Source of the DNA: Peribolospora baueri
Lineage: Eukaryota
Length of the DNA: 64,000 bases
Assembly (NCBI GenBank): GCA_029717555.1
Contig: JAMDHS010000017.1
Coordinates: 1 to 64,000, forward strand
Reading direction: 5' to 3'
Positions 1-11,012 of this stretch are shown here, piece by piece. The notes under the pieces were generated by a model, which was given only the letters and a program-made list of their open reading frames with translations, had not been told where the DNA came from and made no database searches. The first letter of the stretch is position 1; each line of letters starts with the position of its first letter. A program made the translations under genes and the position numbers.

Positions 1-473
1 CCCTTTCCCCCCCCCCCCCCCCCAAGGGAGCGAGGGGGAGGTGGCCGAGGTTGGAGTACAGGACATGCGACGTCGAAGCGTCGACGACGGCACGGGCGGC
101 GGATCCGAAAGCGTCCACGGCCATGCTGGATTGCACGGAGGGCTCGACTCCCGAGCCGGCGGAAGAAACCCTCGTCAATTAGACTGAGGTTGCTGCAATT
201 GTCGAGTAGGGCGTCGATTTCGGGCGCGCCCGAGTCGTTGGCCCGTGCCGCGATGGTCGTCGGAGCATTGCGTTTGTAGTCCGCGCCGCGGCCCAGGGTC
301 GGGTGGGCAACTTCGGGGGAAGGCGTCGTGGCGTGGAAACGATGCGGCGTAACGTTGTCCGTCGAAATTGTCGTGGTCGAAGTAGAGGGAGAGGAGATTG
401 GGGCGCGGGTAGGCGTGGTCGGGGCCCGAGGTCGAAACTCCCCACGTCGGGGACGAATATTGGAAGGAGGCCG
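1..473 (-). mobile_element. Degenerate Ty3/Gypsy-like retrotransposon aspartyl protease fragment
   Basis: A minus frame absent from the ORF track reads PTLGRGADYKRNAPTTIAARANDSGAPEIDALLDNCSNLSLIDEGFFRRLG, resembling the retropepsin motif ALLD(T/S)G.x.S.ID. DTG is replaced by DNC at 203-195 and an apparent frameshift follows. Confidence 0.55.
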
Positions 474-1014
474 TCACGACAATCCCAATGACTATCCACC
501 TCGAGCCGGATCACCGCCGAAACCTAGCGCATCAACCTTGCCAACATGAGCGACAAAACCAGCCAAGGTGGTGACTCTACTACCACTCCCTCTATCGAAG
601 ACTTCGCCAAGATGCTCGAACGCATCAAAGAGCTGGAATACGAAGCGAGAGGCGTCAGTGACGACAGGAGGACATATTCTTTGGGATTGTGGTGCACCCC
701 CGGATCGTACCTGATAGTCGCGTTTCAGGCCTGATGCTCCCAAACTCATCATGTAAGACCAACGCAGGAAGGGAGCCCTTCTTCATAAGTGACCATCCCT
801 CTGATTCTATTTGTAGCGGCAAAAAATGGATGGGCCAACATCTTGATTGAAAAGCGAAGGCAAAAGAGTCCATGAAGAGAAAGCAGGGCCATCCGTGGAC
901 AGGCGACATAAGGGAGGAACCATGTCCAATATGGACAGGACAAAGCCAAGGAAGCCATGCCGAGCGTTTCATCTCGACATCCGTCGTTCAAAGTACAGAG
1001 TAAGCCAATTCTGA

Positions 1015-3775
<2,761 letters not shown>

Positions 3776-4273
3776 GGAATGCGAGTTGGAATTGCGTCCC
3801 CGACGCCGTCGCCGCCGGTCCTCCCGACGTGCACACCCCGATCGACTACTACGGCGTTAGGCGGACAATTGGCTCGCACGGTCCAACTACCGGTGTGTAT
3901 TATCTGCGTTATTATATGGCGAGCATCGTAGACTACTGCTGTTCTCGCTCGCTAACCGAAAGTGATAACGTAGCTCTCGTCTCCGAGGAATGAAGCCAAA
4001 CGCACGAACGCAGCATCATGCGGTGCCAAGGGCCTGTAAGCGGTCTGGCTGAGTTGACCAGCAGAGAAACCTGCCGCCTCGCTCACTCCAATCCCACGGA
4101 GTGTGCTCCGTGTGAGGATCGTTACCACTGTACTGTTCTGGCAGCGCCGGTTCCCGGAAAAAGAGCGGTCCTTTGGGCTAATCCTCGTCGTCGTCCATCT
4201 ATCGTAATACTTTTAACGACTCCGGCTCAACCCACTCTCCTCAAACGGACATACCGCCCGCCAGTGGCCCTTT

Positions 4274-5213
4274 TCAGCCGTTCGACTCGTGCTGGCCCCA
4301 CTTGGAGAGCATGTCCGAAAGGTCTCCCACAGCTTCTTCCTCTCCCTTGTCAACCTTGGTGGCGACCGAGGGAAGTAAAAAAGCGAAAGCAACGGTCAGC
4401 CATGCAGACGGAAAAAAAAAGAATAATAATAATAATGGGTGCGAAAAAAAGGGAAGCCAACCCACCTCGCTCATGACTCTCCATCGTGCCACGAACTCCT
4501 CCACGCCGATCTCCTCGCTCGTAAAGTCCGCCAACAGCTCTCGCTTTGAGAGCAACTCGGCTTGGTACATGTGAAAGAGGTCGGAGACGTGTGCGAGCGA
4601 GGCTTGAGGGTTGAATCCTACTTGGAGCTGGGTCGTCGGGTTGGAGAGGCTGCAGGATGGGAAAAAGGAGGACGGGGGAAAGACGCAAATTCAGTAAGTA
4701 AAGTCACAAGCCAGCGCCTATCCTCCGACAAAATACCCTGGTGACCGGTTGCGGCTGCGTGCACTCACTAAATTTCCACCTCATAGAGCATGTTCTGCAT
4801 CTCCCCCACGATTGACTCCATCTTGAACAATTCATCTCTCACGCCCGACAAAGCCTCCTCCATTGACGCTTGCAATCGCGCCAATGTTCGCTCGCGGTGG
4901 TCACTTGTGGACATTGCACCCGCGGAGGCTGAGCGAAGGGAGAGCTGCTGGAGATTCCGCTGCTGTGTGCCGAGATTCTGGACGCTATTCGACAGGAGGG
5001 GCCGGCAGTCCAAGATAGGAAAGCGCGTCAGCGACATAAGTGAACACTAGCGCCCCTCCCACTTTCTTCTCTTTCAGCGTCCACTCACGTTGTAGCGAGC
5101 TGCGTAGAGGCAGCATGGCTCCGGTTAAAGGCCTGGGCGAGCGCGTCCGCATGATGGAGAATAGCAAGTGCTGGATTGTTACGCTGCGGCTGCTGCTGAT
5201 CCATGCCTGCCAT
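4274..5213 (-). CDS. About 190 aa helical protein, possibly C1orf109/AIRIM-like
   Basis: Four exons with GT-AG introns join into MAGMDQQQ...VQNLGTQQRNLQQL...DHRERTLARLQASMEEAL...LAHVSDLFHMYQAELLSKRELL...FVARW...SNG*. The gene itself is well supported; the family call rests on remembered similarity only. Confidence 0.7.
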
Positions 5214-5426
5214 GTCCGTCTCCAAGAATGCTCGCCCGTTGGTTCTGAGATTCGGTGAATGCCAACGTCTACGCGATGATGGGCGGCGGCCCGTCGAGAG
5301 CGCGACTGCGGCACAAGGTGATCCGATCACGTCCGCTTCCTGGCTCGGTTCAACTCGACCCACGAAGTCTTCCTGACGCTTCCAAAGGCAGTAAAGCGAC
5401 AACTACGAGGAAGAAGATAGGAGAAG

Positions 5427-5938
5427 ATGAGAGCGGCTGACATCGCACATCGTGTCACCGTCACCGGTCTTGCGGGGCTTACGGTGCGTAGCGATAAGCC
5501 GACTCTGCTCCTTGCCTCGCACGTCTTTTGACCTCGTCTCTGTACTCCGTTTCCTTCATGGACTGCCTGTCTTTCTTTCGTCCGCCGGACCGACCATCTC
5601 AACAGCTCTGGGCCTTCGGCGTGTCGATAATGGCGTACAAGAACAGAGTCGATATGCGTAAGGTGGGCAGCGATGGGCGGGAGGACCGATCACGAACGAC
5701 GCTCGCTCACCTTCCATACCTTTCGTTCGCTCTCCGTCGTCGTTCCTGCAGGCCGCGCTCATGAAGCACGAGATGGTGAGTTGTCTCGTCAAGCAAGTTT
5801 CCTACAAAGCGCCGCTGGCCGGCTTCCATCCTATGTCTTTACTACATGTGTTTCTCCTATCCCATGGCCCTTCGGCAGGAGGTCCTCCAGGCGTCGGAGG
5901 CGTCGAAGATCAACCCACCGCCAAGCCCGCCGTCGTGA
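5427..5938 (+). CDS. COX14: COX14-like cytochrome c oxidase assembly factor (65 aa, 4 exons)
   Basis: Exons 5427-5483, 5606-5662, 5752-5775 and 5879-5938, all phase 0 with GT-AG introns, give MRAADIAHRVTVTGLAGLTLWAFGVSIMAYKNRVDMRKAALMKHEMEVLQASEASKINPPPSPPS*. D-x-x-H-R followed by a single TM helix fits the COX14 family. Confidence 0.72.
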
Positions 5939-6377
5939 ACGGGTCCCCTCCCCTTGCCTTCCCTTCCTTCGCCCGCGCGATAGATTACCCTCCGTCTTTG
6001 TATGATAGTCTTTCGTCGCCTGTAAGCCCCCACTCTGTCTGTTCCCTTTTACCCGCCGCCAGCATCATCAGCTGAGATCTCCGGGCGAACAAAAGAGCGT
6101 CTGTCGACCTGCCCATGCCGTTTGCCGGTCTCATGCAATGAATGGCCCGTGACGTCGCAAAGGACTTGGCAACTGCTTCCTCGTCCTCGTTCTCAGCAGT
6201 CACGCCCAGTCGAACGACGGGCGCCGCCCACCTCCGCCAGCACCAACAACTGGCTATGCCGGTCATTGCACGGACGAATGAGCCGCGTGGAAGACAAGAT
6301 CGACGAGCCGAAACCGCCCAGGGACGATCCGACATTCCGCGGAGAGCGTAGTCAAAGTTGCAAGCAGGGAAAGCGAT

Positions 6378-7926
6378 CTACGACGCGACTCGTAGCTGCT
6401 CCTGTACACGCTGAACATCCACGACTGGGCCATCGGCTTGCCCGACATTGACGGGCATCTTCGGCATGGGCATCGTTGGCGCCCTTTTCTCCTCGCCCGC
6501 CTTCCTCTCCTTTTTATCGGCCAACACGACCCTCAACTCCTCCAAAACTTGCTCCACGTCTGTCTTCTTCAACTCGTCCACATCCACACCGAACACCGCC
6601 CCCAGCTCCTCGTACGTCTTCGACCGCGTCGTGCGGAGTCGAAGGTCCTGCCGGTCCTTGCGCTTCAGGTGCTCGGCCTTGGATTCGAGCTCCGGTTCTT
6701 CGCCGCCGCCGCCGCCGTCGTCGTCATCGCTCTTTTTCGCTGACGAGCCGGTCGTGGTCTTGATGTTCATGGATTGAATGACGTACTTGGCGTTTGCAAA
6801 ACTGTTGTTCAAAGCGGCAGCCTGTTTTGTGTGAGAGAGAGAGGACCAAAAAGATCGAATCGCACGTCGGCAAAGGACGAAAGGGAGACGGACAAAGGAG
6901 CGTGAGCAGACGTCCGACCCGGATGGACGGAATTGAACGCGTCTGGCGCTTACGTAGCGTATGTACTGGGGAACGACGACGGTGGAAGGGCTCGGTCCGC
7001 CGGGGTTGAAGCACGAAGGGTTCGCTTCGGCGCCGCGGGCGAGCATGATGGAGGTGACGCCGGTGATGCTCTTGATCTTGTCCGCGTCCCTCGTGCCCCA
7101 GCAGTCGCCGTTAGCGACGACGGGAACGGTGCCGCCGCTGATCTCGTTGACGAGATCCACGACGTCTCGAAGCCGCGTCAAGAGCGCAGGTTCAGAAGAA
7201 CGCATGTGCCTCGTTCGACAGTGCACCGTCAACGCGCTCACGCCCGTACCAATGATACCTCGCACGAGGTCGAGCGTGGCGTCGCGGTCCGGGAGGAGCC
7301 GGATCTTGGCGGTGACGGGCATGTCATCCGGCAGTTCGCGTCGGAGGGCGCGCAGAATGGAGAAAAGCTTGTCTGGGGTGGAGAGCAGCGCGGCGCCCAT
7401 GCCTCCTTCGGTAGAGAAGGGCTTTGGACATCCGCAGTTCACGTCCACGCCCGAGACGTCCTGCACCACCGTCTTGGCCGCCTGGACGGCCAGATCAGGG
7501 TCGGCGGTGCCGATCTGGAAAATGAGGTAAGGTTTCTCCATTGGATGTGTTGAAAAAAGAGGCTTGTCCTTTCTTCGGTACTCGACCACTCCCGTTCGCT
7601 CTGTCCTCGGAAAGAAAGCAGCCGAGCAGGGACAGACATCAACAAAGACGAAGGAAAGGAAACACATCCGGGTACAACTTTGCTTGCCCTGACCGCCTCT
7701 CCCTCCACCCGACTTTCGCTCGCTCGCTCGCCGCAAAAACTCACCATCAACAGATCGACGGCAGCCGACGATAGCTTTATCAACGATCTCGGGTCCCCAG
7801 ACGAGATCTGCGCCGTGTTGGAGACAGAGGAGTCGGGTGGGCAAGGTGGAGATGCGGACCATGGGGGCTAGGAAGAGTCCGTGCCAGTAGTTGAGTTTTC
7901 CCTTTGGCGGGAAGACGGCTGACGGG

Positions 7927-7966
<40 letters not shown>

Positions 7967-8357
7967 TGGCGGAGACGGATGGGGAGGTCGGGGCCGTGGA
8001 GGATTCCGTGGGGTGGTACGCGAGGGAGGAGGAGGAAGAGGAAGAAGAAGACGAAGACGACGACGAAGAGGCCAGCTTAGCCACGGATGTCGACCGCCGC
8101 TCGAGCTCAGGCGAACTCTCGTCGGCAGCTTGCTGATCTCCTTCTGGACCTGGCGAGAGTTTGACTCGCTTGGCCGGCGGGACGGCGTGACGTGCGTCTA
8201 GGGAAGAAGACATGACCGTACTGCTCGCGTCTGCACGGGCGGAGGTGTGAAGCTGGAGGAACTTGGAAGAACAGAAGCGATGGCGATGGGGCGTAAATGC
8301 GGCAAAGCAGCGGCGAGCTGGTGAAAGGGAGATGGGCGTCAAGCCGGATAAGAGCAT
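6378..8357 (-). CDS. DUS2: tRNA-dihydrouridine(20) synthase Dus2/Smm1
   Basis: Motifs LAPMVRISTLPTRLL, FQIGTADP, DVNCGCPKPFSTEGGMGAALL, TAKIRLL, ALTVHCRTR, VANGD, MLARGAEANPSCF. Introns at 7601-7744 and 6822-6953. Confidence 0.93.
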
Positions 8358-8484
8358 GAATCGGTGATGATGGTGGGCAGCGCGAGATCCGAGTCCGGAC
8401 AGGGTGCGTCAGTTGGTGAGATTTTGACTGCGGCAAAGATGCTCGACGTCCGTCCAGGGCCGTCGCCACGTGTCGCGCGTAATG

Positions 8485-9228
8485 CAGTCAACCCTGTTTA
8501 TAAGCATAAGAGTTGTGTAGCCCGAGTGCTATGCAGTATGCGGGAGGTTGACTGGTCTATGCATATTTGCCGCAGTCGCAACCACAGTTGCCGCAGTCGT
8601 TGCCACAGTCGATAGCGTCCATCAAGCTTTACTATAGAGTATTGCGTCCATCAAGACATGAAGTCCAAGCTTTACTATAGAGTATGTACACGTCATAACA
8701 CAACCATGTTCAAGAAGAAGCGTGTGCAGAAAAGAATTGTCGAAGATCGGTTTGTTTACGCTGCTCGTTGACATGTCCTTTGAAAGAGATAGTGAAACGC
8801 GGACAAGCACCCACGTGTAGTAATGTTAGAACTGACGGTGGATGACGAAAGTGGATCTTACTGGTTCGTTATTGTTAAGAGAGCATACAAAGAGGAAAAC
8901 CGGGGAGGTAGGAGGAAGACGGGCAGAACTAGGCCGCAGTAACAGCACAGTTGCCATGTCCGCTTTCAGCCGCGTAACCACGGTGCTCGTCGGTGCCAAT
9001 CTCCAACATCACGAGGATGCACGTGACCCTCAACCCTAACTATGCATGCCGAGGGCGCCTAACTGGTAAGGACGGCACCGGAGTCAGTGCTATGCAATAT
9101 GCGGTATGTTAGTATGCATATAGACCAGTGTTTTGGCTGGGATTAGTTGATTTTTGGCTGGGAACAAGCGGGAAAGGGAGATCGCTATGCACTATGCGAA
9201 GGCATGCCTTAACAGACAGGGTTGACTG
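8485..9228. mobile_element. Non-autonomous Tc1/mariner (pogo-like) MITE, 744 bp
   Basis: Perfect 13-bp terminal inverted repeat CAGTCAACCCTGT (8485-8497 and 9216-9228), extending imperfectly to TAAG. TA follows on the right and TG precedes on the left. Three subterminal GCTATGCAnTATGCG copies. AT-richer than the flanks. Confidence 0.7.
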
Positions 9229-9581
9229 TAGCAAATCCCCGCCCCGAACATTGTTATACCCTCCCCGATCAGACGAATAGAGTTTCCGTGAGCCTTGCAG
9301 AGGCTCTGTTGCTTTTGGAAGGCCCCATATGTGACTTGCAGGGTTCCTGTTCGTCTTGCAGGGCCATCTGCCATCGTCACAGAGTGTCCGTCGATCATGC
9401 AAGGCCCTCTTCTTGTCTCCCAGGCCTCAGCTCCCCTGTTCGTACTCAGTCGAATGCCTCCCTCAGGGCAGTAGCCATAATTGCCCTGGTAGTAGCAGCA
9501 TAGCCATTTCACTGCTCATGCAGGAATGCGTGGAAACTGTGACTAACGATCTCATTTCCATTTCCGTAGACTACATCTCTT

Positions 9582-10245
9582 TTAGCTCTGCTCGCCCCGC
9601 TTCCTCTTCGTTCTCTTTTCCCCTCGTTCTGTAGACCGAGCATAGCGCACTATACTATCGATCTCTGCACGTGATGGTTGACGGAAATCTGGAGGGGGAT
9701 CAGAACCGTCGTATATAGTTTGTAGGCCTGTGGCACAAAAAATGAAGGAAATGTTACCACACACATAGAATAGCTGACAGTTGAAGAACGTACCTTTCAG
9801 AATGCGAGACACAGTGACACCAGAGTGTTTCATCTCATCGTACACGATAGCTCGAAGCCTGCGAGACATGGAAAGCTTGTGCCGTAGAGCGGAGCCAGGA
9901 TGTTTATTGCGCTGCCATATGTGTGCCTTTTCAAGGTCATCTGCTAGAATCTCGACCTGATGCAGATGTCGAATCAGAGACCAGCGACTTGGTGGATTCA
10001 GGCTCAGGCATAGGCATGAGGATGATCTTGCCACGTATCTTGGGAGGGCGTCCACGGCGTTGAGGGGTATTGATAGATGTCTGTGGATGATGGTTGCAGT
10101 GAGAATGGATTTGCAAGGCCAACACACACGATCGGATGGGGATGAAGAGCAGATAAACAGGATGGCAACAATGGATATTGCAACTGATCAAATATTCACA
10201 CTAGAATCCCCAACTGTTGACGTGGGGTAGTCCGTATTACTCATG
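9582..10245 (-). pseudogene. Truncated, frameshifted transposase-like relic (possibly MULE N-terminal region)
   Basis: AT-hook-like RRGRPPK, then in another frame HQVEILADDLEKAHIWQRNKH...LSMSRRLRAIVYDEMKHSGVTVSRILK, an intron (gtacgt..cacag), and GLQ...FRQPSRAEIDSIVRYARSTER before truncation. Low-GC context. Confidence 0.4.
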
Positions 10246-11012
10246 GTCAAGATATAACTGGTTGGGATGAAAAAGAAGATAAAAAGATAAAAAGTCAATA
10301 GGCAAATCATCTTGGACGATTGGTTGCCACCTTGGCTTCAGCATCTATATCTTTGATTGCCGGCCAGGCCCCGCAAAAAAAAGGGAGCCATTCATGTGGA
10401 GGAAAGCAGGCAGTTCACGTTAGGAAAAGAGGATGATAGTGTTGCGGGAGCGAGTAGTAGTTGTGGAAGCGATAAGGAGGAAGGGATGGAGGCAGAGAAG
10501 AGAGTAACGAGACGAAGAGAACTGGATCGATTGTTGTGGTTGTAGTTAAGGTGGTGGAGGTTCGGGGGTTGAGGGAAAAGAGGCGGGGATTCTGGGTACG
10601 GGGTGGGAATTAAGGGAGAGGGGTGGGGTGGGTCTTTACAGTGTCCTGGATGCGAGAGTTATTGCGGCCAAAACGCAGTTATCAGTCGCCGAAATTGCGG
10701 CGTGGAGAATAACAGATTTTCACGGCGGGAATCTGCGTTGCCCCGCAGCCTTCGTTCCGCTTTGCCAGCCATGGTCATCGATCGATCGATCCCATCCTCA
10801 AGGCACGTCGTACGTATGCGTTGTATGCATAGGTGTATCGTATCAAGCCCCGCCACTGGTGTCCAGCTTCGGGCCTTACGTAGAGTAGAGAGAAGAGACG
10901 AGGGAATGCTATCCATCCATGACAAGGGGAGAACAACCGGACTGCCGGTCTATAAAGGGAAGAAAGAAAAGACGAACGGCGCCCAATATAAAAATAAATA
11001 AATAAAGAAAGC

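Noticed and set aside
546..1010. Short plus-strand ORF MSDKTSQGG... with coding-like start and possible intron
   Set aside because: No splice path gave a long open frame or a recognisable domain; likely a relic, so not called.
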